From a virus: a DNA stretch of 64,000 nt. Below the pieces are notes generated by a model. That model made no database searches and had not been told where the DNA came from. It was given only the letters and a program-made list of their open reading frames with translations. Position 1 is the stretch's first letter. The number at the start of each line of letters is the position of its first letter. The stretch is from positions 32,001-96,000 of the IMG/VR virus record IMGVR_UViG_3300045988_023742, one strand, 5' to 3'. Positions 11,701 through 19,140 of the stretch are shown one piece after another. Position numbers and translations under genes: made by a program.

Positions 11701-12661
11701 CAGATTTAGCTTGTCCAGTTCTAGGATTTCTAAAAGCTCCCATCATTTGAGCTTCAGAGGTAATACCTCTAAGTAACTCCATAAGAGCTTGATGTACCTT
11801 AGTAGGGTCTAATGTCTGTACAAATCCAAGGTCATCTCTTTTAGGCTGAGCTTTTTGCATTACTCTACCATCAGCAGCAGTTACATCTACTATCTCCATA
11901 ACAGGAAGACTGCTAATAAGTCTTCTTACCTGATGTCCTACAGAACCAAATGAAGATTCAAGACCATTAGATGTTTGCCAAGCTTCTCTAACAGATTCAT
12001 TTGGGTCAATAAGTTGAGAGAGGTCATTATCTCCATAATTAAGTTCATCTGTCTCATCAACAAACTCCATCTTATTACCCAATTTAATTCCCTCAGTATC
12101 TCTGAGTTTCATTCTAGCAAATGCTGTTAAAGCTGACCAATTAGAGAGAACCTGATTGAACTTTGAAGCTTTCTCCATGTCACCTTTAGCTCTGAACATA
12201 GACTGCATCTGCATTATCTGATTATAGACCTTTTCAAACAGATTAAACTCTCCAACCTTTGTATCAATAATAGCTCTTCTACTAAGCTGTGGATTATTCT
12301 TCTGAATTTCATCTACAACAGCAGAAAACATAGCAGCAATCATATTTACTCTATTAAAGCGTTCTTCTGCTGTAAATACTTTTCTCAATCTTTTATAGCT
12401 TGGAGCTAAATTAGTACCAATACTATTAATTTTAGCTTGATTTCCAATCTTAATCTCCTGTCTGAATTTAGCAAGAGTTAATGCAGCTTCATCAAGGTTA
12501 GTTGTGTCTAGAGGATTATTTTGATTAACTTCATCATACATACCTCTAAGTGTAGCAACTCTAAAGGGGTTAAACTTATCACTAGCATTACCTCTCCATC
12601 CTAATTTAGTTGCTAATACATCATCTATTCCCTTTTGTGGGATATAACAAAAATTTGCCAT
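5780..12661 (-). CDS. Giant single-chain RNA polymerase (crAss-like virion RNAP type)
   Basis: 2293-aa ORF. AGFDFDVDKLYF (nt 8444-8458 encode DFDVD) matches the DxDxD metal-binding loop of two-barrel RNAPs, as in crAss-like phage RNAPs. Size and genome context fit. Confidence 0.8.
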   Translation of the reverse strand: MANFCYIPQKGIDDVLATKLGWRGNASDKFNPFRVATLRGMYDEVNQNNPLDTTNLDEAALTLAKFRQEIKIGNQAKINSIGTNLAPSYKRLRKVFTAEERFNRVNMIAAMFSAVVDEIQKNNPQLSRRAIIDTKVGEFNLFEKVYNQIMQMQSMFRAKGDMEKASKFNQVLSNWSALTAFARMKLRDTEGIKLGNKMEFVDETDELNYGDNDLSQLIDPNESVREAWQTSNGLESSFGSVGHQVRRLISSLPVMEIVDVTAADGRVMQKAQPKRDDLGFVQTLDPTKVHQALMELLRGITSEAQMMGAFRNPRTGQAKSVWMIPILDALTKNPQLRTQFFRDFKKNFQPYSILVEDKEASKKGLRKYKTKLLNRVEDLLGGSFMSRIILGKPLNEKTSVFDTKGNVNVSNLKNTLSQINEWLAQPKENTGSIFDKQKQYGGGKQSKFYSRGGSSIERREFLRTSLESLGVEVDADTLDEIMNHSKDLRKLTNALQELAQYGVSENQLKKLEAGEKIPYKSLVRAKGQNSRKEGVFEEKIRKIHEMITKNREGLRLESRVRHKDSKGNNITLFSQVNPSFMGDKFDKIQSYVKANDKAGLRSFLANEYLDSPFFSYNGKVLNKWLEELLKCCDTPTNVSLEDTFAAQFDYLRFLGTSDMSFENFTSKQHMIDMLTEFRSDKELSNKADTALYPVFILGDSGVSKYIRAKRYSNEEIMDGLYNAYEQERRRQELVKATNEWLDSRNYSKVENFSDSEDTFSILGFLNKDYKASDGTVGKYSSMLSDRPTETEVKKAISAYLSDALIDFKKQLTNLGLLETVKVKEIDRNNKQVEVERYTYLGEDVTSENLDEKLAEFYNNVKFATINQLQLMTIDTSFYKGTKDLQKRYKEIHAPGSLLSLSAIDSNGKKFSEDGIERCVYFDDININAEQSNPEFMEAIAAVHGKDSDVYDAYKKNTLTDGQGYRTLRSYRKVMGMAGQWTEEMQKVYEAIEQLKVDYNGKSIPSEKLAEIASMAVVFQPIKPYMFTHEKLALNDKDKVIIPVQHKYAEAVLIPELLPKGSKLRDMAYWMDDNNVDLVGSTKIVKVGGFGSTDISKASDAKSLGEALSKAYVHQLSYGDYRIQTNVPEHINSSQLFGTQVRKLIMANINMDDYHYMNYIGGDGTVNLGGNHGRVKLNGRNLVSFYNGLIVANILESFDSFKDGISDANKLSEKLIQGVINNSRESMDNVLAYAVDNGKFAMPLFEGGLEHDAAAMAFSMFKKIVNKQQIKGGSAVQVSAMGIKGYEEDGDLKYVTDGKGNILYAECEIPFDISYKDSEGNEVHLDFNEYCNPDGTLKMIESEGKKISLLEHRFPGSTSLLAYRIPTERDYSMLNLRVKRFSQKTAGGTIKVPAQGTTIAGFDFDVDKLYFMRREYKALKKQSTDEATDALLSAVFSDDTSKLIDFEEYDFNKSPLENTRAARNNMLINLIQQRLMDPETMKQRTTPGGFANASKSARIMRELLYGSTEGIIDDNKKVNWEALNNRAKDKSNDPEPNYDPSDPMTIITYNQQNQVAGKLIGIFANQNTNHAFASLMKSFKISKPIEFAGHSYGDGRFSDFLHAPNGVDVDLNVAEFLSASVDAVKDPVLNFMNLNTLTADAGAVLARIGYTTTEIGMLFNQPIIKEVCEYSFNNSVGIDTAIREVREKYKNQGASVRSRKEPLNPEHFSMDKLAKNILNDRVLREKGSNVMDNNTFATEQLEVLDLFNDISAVANDVSKFVTSTKFTASNAVGSTFGDLYAQQLKVQKYLSEVGTDASHVEMEVTDKLDSPIMDDNSLTTMSNSDYLDTMMGNPFAYEQAMFDANRKSLEILSKYFPYNKMAYVNARNTLNGLVNYGSLDADTINSIHSDMMVYLLSNQERSEFNGSLPKQTQHGLMTTREYYTKWFAKDLLNHLEANPQMKSIPIFAYMIPEVKEVKNPATGESTDEISINIQGIGGLAPYMKDEIRESWADLARNPETSQIATDLFLYNFYKLGFNFSPKAFMNLAPTEVKENIKVPTADGDRSYVDFMNDIMEDKFNINAETFARQYMLNHLDNKRFGLDAKSKTVLDILKPLAIQAGVARNEFTLDLSKIDKENGKYFILKENKMAKSRQFVPMIKINTGQGQVVYMADSFDETKTSVMTYHKVDKLGTKGQSLQYFGDNISSDIVEDTEVSETFEEGSTSESSEERESTVESFNREAVINEIAEEMSKAYEKAGIRDDQGELYTANVLKAALSNTEEADLKASVEELRQACRVDGVVVLDENGNPMKAC

Positions 12662-12684
12662 ATAGTATAATTAAAATTTTAGTG

Positions 12685-12716
12685 CAAAGTTAATTAAATT
12701 TGCTCAGTTTACCAAA
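12685..12716 (-). promoter_or_regulatory. Bacteroidota-type promoter for the RNAP operon
   Basis: Minus strand reads TTTGgtaaactgagcaaatttaatTAACTTTG: -33 TTTG, 20-nt spacer, -7 TAnnTTTG. It lies about 25 nt upstream of the ATG at 12661. Confidence 0.6.
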
Positions 12717-12753
12717 TAAATAAGAGCAAAAGTTGATTGTTTTAAGAAAAAAT

Positions 12754-12779
12754 AAGGGAAGAGTATAAGCTCTTCCCTT
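12754..12779 (-). terminator. Rho-independent terminator
   Basis: AAGGGAAGAG/CTCTTCCCTT 10-bp stem followed on the minus strand by ATTTTTT. It lies just after the stop at 12792. Confidence 0.7.
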
Positions 12780-12791
12780 ATATATTATAAA

Positions 12792-13418
12792 TTATATGTA
12801 TATGCTGTCAGGATAATACAATAAAGTTCCCATGGAGTTCTTATGAACATCTACATCAGGAAAATTACTATTAAACTCTTTAAGATTAAAGGGTCTTACA
12901 AGTAAGTGACAACCTTGTTTTGTTGGTATAATACCAGTAAGATATAACTCTTCCCTAGTATCGCAGAATGGTAATGTAGGGTCTAACTTAAAATAGTTAT
13001 CAAACCATCCTAAGAGTAACTCCTTTATTTCCATATTATCAACATCTACAATCCATACAGGATTCCTTGAAGTTAATGCTCCTGCTGCACTATTAAGAGT
13101 CTTTCTTGGATTCTGAATATTACCTTCACATACTAATGAAGCAAGTTTTACTAACATAAGTTTCTGTAACTTTTCAAAGCTCTTTGGGCTTATATTAATA
13201 TATGCTCTTGCTCCATAGTGTTCACAAAGAAGAATCACCTCAGGCATTATTTTCCTGAGATGCTCTTCATTCTTTATGAAGTATGTTTTAATAGCTCCTT
13301 CCTTTACTTTTTCATCCTTATAGTCTTTTGCTCTACACACTATTTGCATATGGCAGAATACCTTTGGATTATCCTTTGGTAGTAAAGGAGCTATTAGTTC
13401 TAGATTATTGATTATCAT
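12792..13418 (-). CDS. Hypothetical protein with DxD / GxH / DxH motif triad
   Basis: The listed ORF 12792..13598 overlaps thyX. The internal start MIINN at 13418 gives a 14-nt overlap with the thyX stop (ATGATAATCAATAA). Motifs: VWIVDVD, TKQGCHLLV, PDVDVHKN. Confidence 0.55.
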   Translation of the reverse strand: MIINNLELIAPLLPKDNPKVFCHMQIVCRAKDYKDEKVKEGAIKTYFIKNEEHLRKIMPEVILLCEHYGARAYINISPKSFEKLQKLMLVKLASLVCEGNIQNPRKTLNSAAGALTSRNPVWIVDVDNMEIKELLLGWFDNYFKLDPTLPFCDTREELYLTGIIPTKQGCHLLVRPFNLKEFNSNFPDVDVHKNSMGTLLYYPDSIYI

Positions 13419-14274
13419 AACCAAGTTCTTTAAATCTTTTCTGTAATGGAATAGCAATCTCTCTTGCCATAGGATGAGCATCATTAGCGCATCTTCTGTA
13501 AAAGAAATTCTCCCAAGCATCTTTAAATCCACATGAAATAAGCTCCGATTTAACTGATAGAGGAAGAACTTCTCTTGCTTGTTGAGGAGTCCAACCAAGT
13601 TTTAATAAAGATAAATAAGAATTTTGAGCATTTTGTAGTGCATCCATAAATATTATTTCATCTTCATTAATTTCAAATGGAGGATAATTCTGTTCAGACC
13701 CTTCTTTAAGAGAATTACACCAATTTGGAATAACAAAAGTTACTTGGTTATCAAATTTATCCTTAGAATAATTACAATATCTAGTACTCTCAGCAAGATG
13801 ACTTAAACCTACATGAGTTCTAAATTCATCCATTATTCCTCTAGAAAGAACCATGTGAACTGTATATCTACTAGGATAATAACAATTGTCCTGCTCTGTA
13901 AAATACTCAGCTATATAAGGGCACTTCTTTATAATTTGAAGATAATGTCTATAGTTAGTTGTTATATAAGTATACTCTGGAAGTTCCTTGTACTTAATCC
14001 ATGCAGGATTATATAATTTACAATCTACTAGGTCTTGCAAAAACTCCTCAAATAGCATTCCAGAGCTTATCTTAAGATGTACAGTACCAAACTCAAGTGG
14101 TCTAGCATGGTCTCTCTTCACAAGCATATTTACAAACTTCTCATAGGAATCATCTGTAATTCTATCTTCAGATTTGTAGCATACTCTGCCACATCTTTCA
14201 ATGAACTTCTTAATGCCTATAAGACTAAAATCCTTCTGTTCAAGAATCTCAAAACTTTGTTTAATTAGTTTCAT
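13405..14274 (-). CDS. thyX: Flavin-dependent thymidylate synthase ThyX
   Basis: FRTHVGLSHLAESTRY aligns with the ThyX signature RHRxxSxxxxSxRY. The 289-aa size fits. Confidence 0.75.
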   Translation of the reverse strand: MKLIKQSFEILEQKDFSLIGIKKFIERCGRVCYKSEDRITDDSYEKFVNMLVKRDHARPLEFGTVHLKISSGMLFEEFLQDLVDCKLYNPAWIKYKELPEYTYITTNYRHYLQIIKKCPYIAEYFTEQDNCYYPSRYTVHMVLSRGIMDEFRTHVGLSHLAESTRYCNYSKDKFDNQVTFVIPNWCNSLKEGSEQNYPPFEINEDEIIFMDALQNAQNSYLSLLKLGWTPQQAREVLPLSVKSELISCGFKDAWENFFYRRCANDAHPMAREIAIPLQKRFKELGYDNQ

Positions 14275-14518
14275 ATTCCTTAATCTTACTGTTAATAACC
14301 TCTGACTTTACAATGCCATGCCAAGTCTCTAATACTTCTTCTTTATCATTAAGAAGTAGAATAGTAGGAAGACCTTTAACATTGTACTTGTCAGCTACTT
14401 CAGGATTCTCCACTACATTAATATCCTTAACAGGAGCATCAATAGGATGGTCCTTAAACTCCTTTGCTACAACTTTACATTGTCCACAACAAGGAGAATA
14501 AAACTTCATTACTTTCAT
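14261..14518 (-). CDS. Thioredoxin-like protein
   Basis: 85 aa with the CGQC redox motif (YSPCCGQCKV) and thioredoxin-like spacing (GLPTILL). Confidence 0.75.
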   Translation of the reverse strand: MKVMKFYSPCCGQCKVVAKEFKDHPIDAPVKDINVVENPEVADKYNVKGLPTILLLNDKEEVLETWHGIVKSEVINSKIKEYETN

Positions 14519-14700
14519 TTTCTGTAACTATCTAGTTGTTTATTTAAAGCATCCATTAGTGCCTGAAAACACTTGCTTACTTCAGGATTTACAACCTTTG
14601 CTTCTATAGTCATGGCACTATTGTTATAGGTCATTTTCATATCAGCAATAGGTTTAGCAAAGTGTTTATAAATTATATTAAATTTTACCTTATCTTGCAT
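14515..14700 (-). CDS. Hypothetical protein
   Basis: Listed ORF 14515..14730. I prefer the start MQDKV at 14700, which removes the overlap with the upstream small ORF. Confidence 0.45.
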   Translation of the reverse strand: MQDKVKFNIIYKHFAKPIADMKMTYNNSAMTIEAKVVNPEVSKCFQALMDALNKQLDSYRK

Positions 14701-14704
14701 ATTA

Positions 14705-14848
14705 TCAAAACTCTTCAATATAATCAGCATTTGGGAATGTCATATAAACATCATCCCATGCAGCATCTCTTTCATGCTCATCATTCTCATCATAATGGTT
14801 ACTATAGGGTTCCCTATGTCCATCTTTAAAGTGAATTATAAATGTCAT
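14705..14848 (-). CDS. Small hypothetical protein (47 aa)
   Basis: Hand-translated MTFIIHFKDGHREPYSNHYDENDEHERDAAWDDVYMTFPNADYIEEF. It fills the gap between two genes and is below the track size cut-off. Confidence 0.35.
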   Translation of the reverse strand: MTFIIHFKDGHREPYSNHYDENDEHERDAAWDDVYMTFPNADYIEEF

Positions 14849-14849
14849 A

Positions 14850-15152
14850 TCATTCCTCCAAATTTACTTCAAAATCATCTTCAACCCAATCATTAAACTC
14901 TCCTACACTATTAGGGAGAGTTACTTGGTCCCTAACTGCTTGCTTTAAGTCACACTCAGAATAATCATAGCTAATACCATGATAACCATCTTCATCAGAG
15001 TATTCTTCAGCAATATAGTCAGTAACCTCTACCTCTACTGTCTTACTTAGTGTTATAGATACAGTGACCTCAATCTTTCTTGGTTCAGGGTCTACTTGGT
15101 TCCAAGGAGCATCTGAGGTATCTGAGCCAATAGGATAATCATAATTATTCAT
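14850..15152 (-). CDS. Acidic hypothetical protein (YPxGxD..APWN N-terminus)
   Basis: 100-aa ORF coupled by an ATGA overlap to the HicA-like gene. Strongly acidic. No recognisable HicB fold motifs. Confidence 0.6.
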   Translation of the reverse strand: MNNYDYPIGSDTSDAPWNQVDPEPRKIEVTVSITLSKTVEVEVTDYIAEEYSDEDGYHGISYDYSECDLKQAVRDQVTLPNSVGEFNDWVEDDFEVNLEE

Positions 15153-15352
15153 TTTCTTCGCCTTTTAATGTTTACATCTAAGTTATTTTCTTTAATAAGT
15201 CTATGAGCTATAACACTTTCTAGTTTATGAGGGATAGAGATATGTCTTCCCTTATCATTAACATATATAGCATGGTCACCACTATGTCTACTATAAGAGA
15301 ATCCATTCTTCTCTACTACCCTTATAAACTCTAATTGTGTGTATTGCTTCAT
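15149..15352 (-). CDS. hicA: HicA-like small endoribonuclease
   Basis: 67 aa. LEFIRVVEKNGF..SGDHAIYVNDKGRHISIPHK...LIKENNL parallels E. coli HicA (EFRRWLESQG..GSNH..RRSVMPRHP..ILKQLGL), including the catalytic His. Confidence 0.65.
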   Translation of the reverse strand: MKQYTQLEFIRVVEKNGFSYSRHSGDHAIYVNDKGRHISIPHKLESVIAHRLIKENNLDVNIKRRRK

Positions 15353-16077
15353 TTATACTTAGGATTATCAGGCTGTTCAGGATTTGTATTATCCCCATAC
15401 ACAGCCTTAAATTTTTCAAAATCACAGTACTTTATCTTGGTAATAACCCTCTCTCCGTTTCTAAACCTAAGACCACAGGTAGTTCTAAGAACTAAGCCCT
15501 CTGCATTAAGGTCTTTATCTTCAGAAATCTTAGACTTAAAGCCTTTCTTAACAAACTCTACAGCCTGTGGAATAGTCATATAGCCAATAAGAGGAACCAT
15601 AGGTACATTACATTTCTTAGCAATATCTTCACAGTCTTCTCTTTTAAGCCACCAGTCATTAATCTTGACATCAAAAAGAATGAAATCTACATCCTTGCTT
15701 ATATACTTTCCACCACACTTTTGAATGCCTGCACCATAGCCTTCACCATATATACATACAGTATCTTCAGGTGTCAATACAGGAAATACTTTAGCCCAGT
15801 CTACCTTGAAGAAAATACTTTCAAGCTTCTTAACAAGCTTACTAGGAAGCTCTGCTCTATTAGTTCGACCCTTGATAGTCACACCATAAATCCAAGGTTC
15901 TTTACCTTCTCCTGCTACCATAGTTACATAGATTCTGATGTTAGTGCCATCAATCTTCTCTGTACATTCCCAAAGGCAATCCTTTAAATAACTGAACTCT
16001 TCACAAGTATACTGTGAGGGAATAATAACATTCTTACCATCCCTCTTGAATAATGTATTAATTTTCTGATATTCCAT
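15349..16077 (-). CDS. ATP-dependent RNA ligase (Rnl2/Rnl5-like nucleotidyltransferase)
   Basis: Motif I KIDGTN (ligase KxDGxx), YGEGYGAGIQ, motif IV AEGLVLR, motif V ITKIKY. The N-terminal KINTLFKRD is typical of the RNA_ligase family. Confidence 0.75.
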   Translation of the reverse strand: MEYQKINTLFKRDGKNVIIPSQYTCEEFSYLKDCLWECTEKIDGTNIRIYVTMVAGEGKEPWIYGVTIKGRTNRAELPSKLVKKLESIFFKVDWAKVFPVLTPEDTVCIYGEGYGAGIQKCGGKYISKDVDFILFDVKINDWWLKREDCEDIAKKCNVPMVPLIGYMTIPQAVEFVKKGFKSKISEDKDLNAEGLVLRTTCGLRFRNGERVITKIKYCDFEKFKAVYGDNTNPEQPDNPKYK

Positions 16078-16297
16078 CTTCTTTTATTTTAATTAACCTA
16101 TCTGGATAAATGTAATCTGTCCATATATTATTTGAAGTTCTAACAACAACAACTTTCTTTGCACATAGCTTCTTTACTCTATACAATTCTACATTGTTGC
16201 TATAAGCATAGCCAATAACTAAGTCACCAACATGAAGTTGATGACCTAGTTTATCTTTGACTACTCTATGTAATTCTTCATATTCCTTCCTTGTCAT
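16058..16297 (-). CDS. Hypothetical protein
   Basis: 79-aa ORF in an operon-like tight array. Confidence 0.5.
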   Translation of the reverse strand: MTRKEYEELHRVVKDKLGHQLHVGDLVIGYAYSNNVELYRVKKLCAKKVVVVRTSNNIWTDYIYPDRLIKIKEDGISEN

Positions 16298-16532
16298 TTT
16301 CTATTCTATTTATTTCATCATTGAGATAAAAGACAGCTTTCTTTAAGTCTTCTACTCTCTTTTGTTTATCACTCATTCCTTCTTCAGACTTATGACCTGA
16401 CCTAAGAACATATTTAATTACATTTCCTAGATTGAAGTTCATGTGCCTAGTAATGTCAATGACCTCTATACCACATAACTTTTTAAGCCAAGTGTAATGA
16501 GAAGGATGATTTACTCTATCTGTATTTTCCAT
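16278..16532 (-). CDS. DUF3310-like protein
   Basis: The pattern NHPSHY...IEVIDI...FNLGNVIKYVLR...DLKKAVFYL matches the DUF3310 family common in phages. Confidence 0.6.
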   Translation of the reverse strand: MENTDRVNHPSHYTWLKKLCGIEVIDITRHMNFNLGNVIKYVLRSGHKSEEGMSDKQKRVEDLKKAVFYLNDEINRIENDKEGI

Positions 16533-16543
16533 ATTTTACGCTT

Positions 16544-18604
16544 TTAATGAATCCAATATGTTGGTAATGTTCCATCTTTAAGCCTAGATACCTCAGCATC
16601 AAGTGGGACAATCCTACAAATAAACTTTCCTGCTTTGACCATACACTCATGGAGTTTATTAGCAACTTCTTCTGCAATTTCTTCAGGAGCTTCAATATTA
16701 AACTCATCATGTGCTGGTATACAGAACTTAACCTTTCCAAACAATCCATTCTTTACTACCCAATTGAATAGATTTACTGCACATATCTTAAATATGGCAC
16801 TTCCCCTGCTCTGAATAGGATAGTTGATTGACTGTCTCTCAGAGGCAGACTTCCTTTTGAAATAGTGTCTTACCTCCTCGACAATAGGGTTAGTTGGGTC
16901 AGTAACTTTAAGTCTTCTGTAGGTATCCCAAAAGTCTTTACCAAACTTGTCTTGGGTAGACTTCAGCTCGTCATAGTCATATATATAAGCTCTATAACCA
17001 ACTTCAGGACATGTGTTTATATAGCCTAGCTGCATCACTATCTTTCTCTGATAAGCTTGATATGCTGCAACTCCCTTGAAACCCTTTCTGTAGTTAGCTT
17101 CAATCTGCCTAGCTTCTTCCTCTGGTATATGGTCTCTACCTATAAGAGTATTAGCATCACCACCATAAGCAAATGTAAACTCAGGAGCCTTAGCTTTCTT
17201 TCTCAAGTCAGGTCTAAGCTTCTTAACATCCTCTACAGGAATATCATGCAACTCTTCTGGATAAACCATCTTAGCTACCAAGCTATGCAAATCTCCGCAA
17301 CCATTAGTAAACAAGTCAATCATTGCAGTATCTTTAGCAATATTGGCAAGGATTACTGATTCCTCTCCACTATAGTCTGCACTAATCCACTTGTTACCCT
17401 TCTCAGCACAGAAGCATGCTCTAGTCTCGGCATCAGCAGGAAGATTTTGTAGATTAACCAATGGTACTTTCTTGCCTGGAATAACCTCTTTATCTTCTCC
17501 TCCACCAGAGCTATATCTATGAGTATCTGTTCCTATCTGATTGAAACTTGTATGTAATCTTCCAGTGACAGGATTTATAAGGTCAAGGAAGTTCTGACCA
17601 TAAGTACTTGTTACTTTCTGAGCAGCCTTGAACTCAAGATAGACTTCAGCTATAGGATGAACACTCTTTTGTCCTTCAATGACTGTTGCATCTACAGATT
17701 TCTTTATATCTCCTGTTGCTTTATCTCTTGTCTCAAGCTTAAAACCCAGTGACTCTAAGAATGGAATTACTTGTCTAGAGCTATTCCAATTGATATTACA
17801 AGCTGGACCAGCTTTAACAAAACCAAATAAGTCAGGCTCTACAATCTTTATGAACTTAGAAAGACTCTTATCTTCCTTATACATATCAACAACAAAGTTA
17901 TCAAGTCTTTCTTTAGCTTTATCTAGAGCTTCTTGGTCTTTAACCATCTTAGCCTTCCACCTTTCAGCATCAAGATTAACTCCACAAAACTCAAAATATG
18001 CAGTAGGAAGAATAGCTCTATTTTCTACCTCAAGAGCAAGCTTCTGACCTCTGGGGAGAAGAATTTCAAGCTGTTTGTTCATAATATCTTCTAGATACTT
18101 AACATCATTGGCAGAGTAAACTATAATCTTATCAGTGAGTTCATTTCTCCAAATGATTTCACCTCTGACAGATTTATCAAGTTCAATACCTAAATAGTTT
18201 TCTCCTGCTGACTTTAAGCTCAAACTATGCATACCACTAGGATAGCCAAGCCACCTCATCTTCTCAGCTATGAAACCATCATATAGTCTAGTAGGAACAA
18301 TACCATGATAGAACAAGAACTTTACATCAAATTTCAGATTCCAACCTATGAATAATCTGTCTGATTCTAGATATTCCTTATAGAGTGTAACATCAACAGT
18401 TGTACAGTCTATTACAACTTGGAAGTCTCGATTGCCAAGCTGTAATAATAAGAGCTTCTTGAGAAATGGGCTGAAACCCTGAGTTTCAGTATCTAGACCT
18501 ACAATAGTTAAAGGATTGAGGAGCCTCAATGACTCCTCAACACTTATAACCTTATAGGTTTCACTCTCAAATAAAGTTCTCTGACTAGTTACTAAGTAAA
18601 TCAT
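16544..18604 (-). CDS. Family A DNA polymerase with 3'-5' exonuclease domain
   Basis: Exo I LDTETQG, Exo III YSANDVKYL, Pol motif A DYSGEESVILA, motif B RKKAKAPEFTFAYGG, motif C PAHDEF. Confidence 0.9.
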   Translation of the reverse strand: MIYLVTSQRTLFESETYKVISVEESLRLLNPLTIVGLDTETQGFSPFLKKLLLLQLGNRDFQVVIDCTTVDVTLYKEYLESDRLFIGWNLKFDVKFLFYHGIVPTRLYDGFIAEKMRWLGYPSGMHSLSLKSAGENYLGIELDKSVRGEIIWRNELTDKIIVYSANDVKYLEDIMNKQLEILLPRGQKLALEVENRAILPTAYFEFCGVNLDAERWKAKMVKDQEALDKAKERLDNFVVDMYKEDKSLSKFIKIVEPDLFGFVKAGPACNINWNSSRQVIPFLESLGFKLETRDKATGDIKKSVDATVIEGQKSVHPIAEVYLEFKAAQKVTSTYGQNFLDLINPVTGRLHTSFNQIGTDTHRYSSGGGEDKEVIPGKKVPLVNLQNLPADAETRACFCAEKGNKWISADYSGEESVILANIAKDTAMIDLFTNGCGDLHSLVAKMVYPEELHDIPVEDVKKLRPDLRKKAKAPEFTFAYGGDANTLIGRDHIPEEEARQIEANYRKGFKGVAAYQAYQRKIVMQLGYINTCPEVGYRAYIYDYDELKSTQDKFGKDFWDTYRRLKVTDPTNPIVEEVRHYFKRKSASERQSINYPIQSRGSAIFKICAVNLFNWVVKNGLFGKVKFCIPAHDEFNIEAPEEIAEEVANKLHECMVKAGKFICRIVPLDAEVSRLKDGTLPTYWIH

Positions 18605-18627
18605 GTCTTAACTTCTATTAGGTAGCT

Positions 18628-19140
18628 TTATTTTGTTCTCTTGCATTTTCTCTTAGAATAAGCTACAAGTTCTTTGAAATCCATAACATAGTCATATCTA
18701 CTAAGGAAATCTCCACCAAGAACTCCATGTATTTCAATGTTAAAATCCTTCTTTATAGCTTCTAATTGCTGAGCAAGCTGTTCTGTAACTATAAAATCAG
18801 AATCATAGAACTCTTTATTATATTCTAACTTAAGAATACAATGCTTATTATTGTTTAGCATGCCACCTGCACCTACAGTTTGAACATCCTCTCCAATATT
18901 CTCTAATTTTCCTCCTATATAGTTTACTGCTTCTGGACTTATATGAGAATATGAACTTCCTGAATCAAGAAGGAAATGCAATTTCTTCTCATTACAAACA
19001 AAGGTTATAATGGGAATGTTAAGTAAGTCCATAGTCTCCTTAAATGAAATCTTCCTATAATTTTCATGGTCTTCAACCATATTTATGAAGATTGCAATAA
19101 GAATAATTAGCAGAAATATAATTATCAGCTTAAATATCAT
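18628..19140 (-). CDS. Membrane-anchored retropepsin-like aspartic protease
   Basis: N-terminal TM helix, then HFLLDSGSSYSHI (D-S/T-G active-site motif) and IHGVLGGDFL (the G-x-L-G-x-D-F-L flap/dimer motif of clan AA). Confidence 0.6.
   Translation of the reverse strand: MIFKLIIIFLLIILIAIFINMVEDHENYRKISFKETMDLLNIPIITFVCNEKKLHFLLDSGSSYSHISPEAVNYIGGKLENIGEDVQTVGAGGMLNNNKHCILKLEYNKEFYDSDFIVTEQLAQQLEAIKKDFNIEIHGVLGGDFLSRYDYVMDFKELVAYSKRKCKRTK

Noticed and set aside
13419-13598. N-terminal 60-codon extension of ORF 12792..13598. Similar extensions occur at 24185-24244, 45905-45964, 45203-45220 and 47675-47701.
   Set aside because: The extensions overlap the preceding gene or promoter region in another frame. 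The internal ATGs give the short overlaps or abutments typical of this operon, and in one case match a paralog N-terminus.
14850-15152. The ORF downstream of hicA could be the HicB antitoxin.
   Set aside because: I found no resemblance to the HicB N-terminal domain or to an HTH/RHH DNA-binding tail. I kept it as an acidic hypothetical protein.
16516-16749. 77-aa minus-strand ORF overlapping the 3' end of the polymerase gene.
   Set aside because: It is an alternative frame of the PolA C-terminus, which carries the HDE motif, and is not needed to fill any gap.
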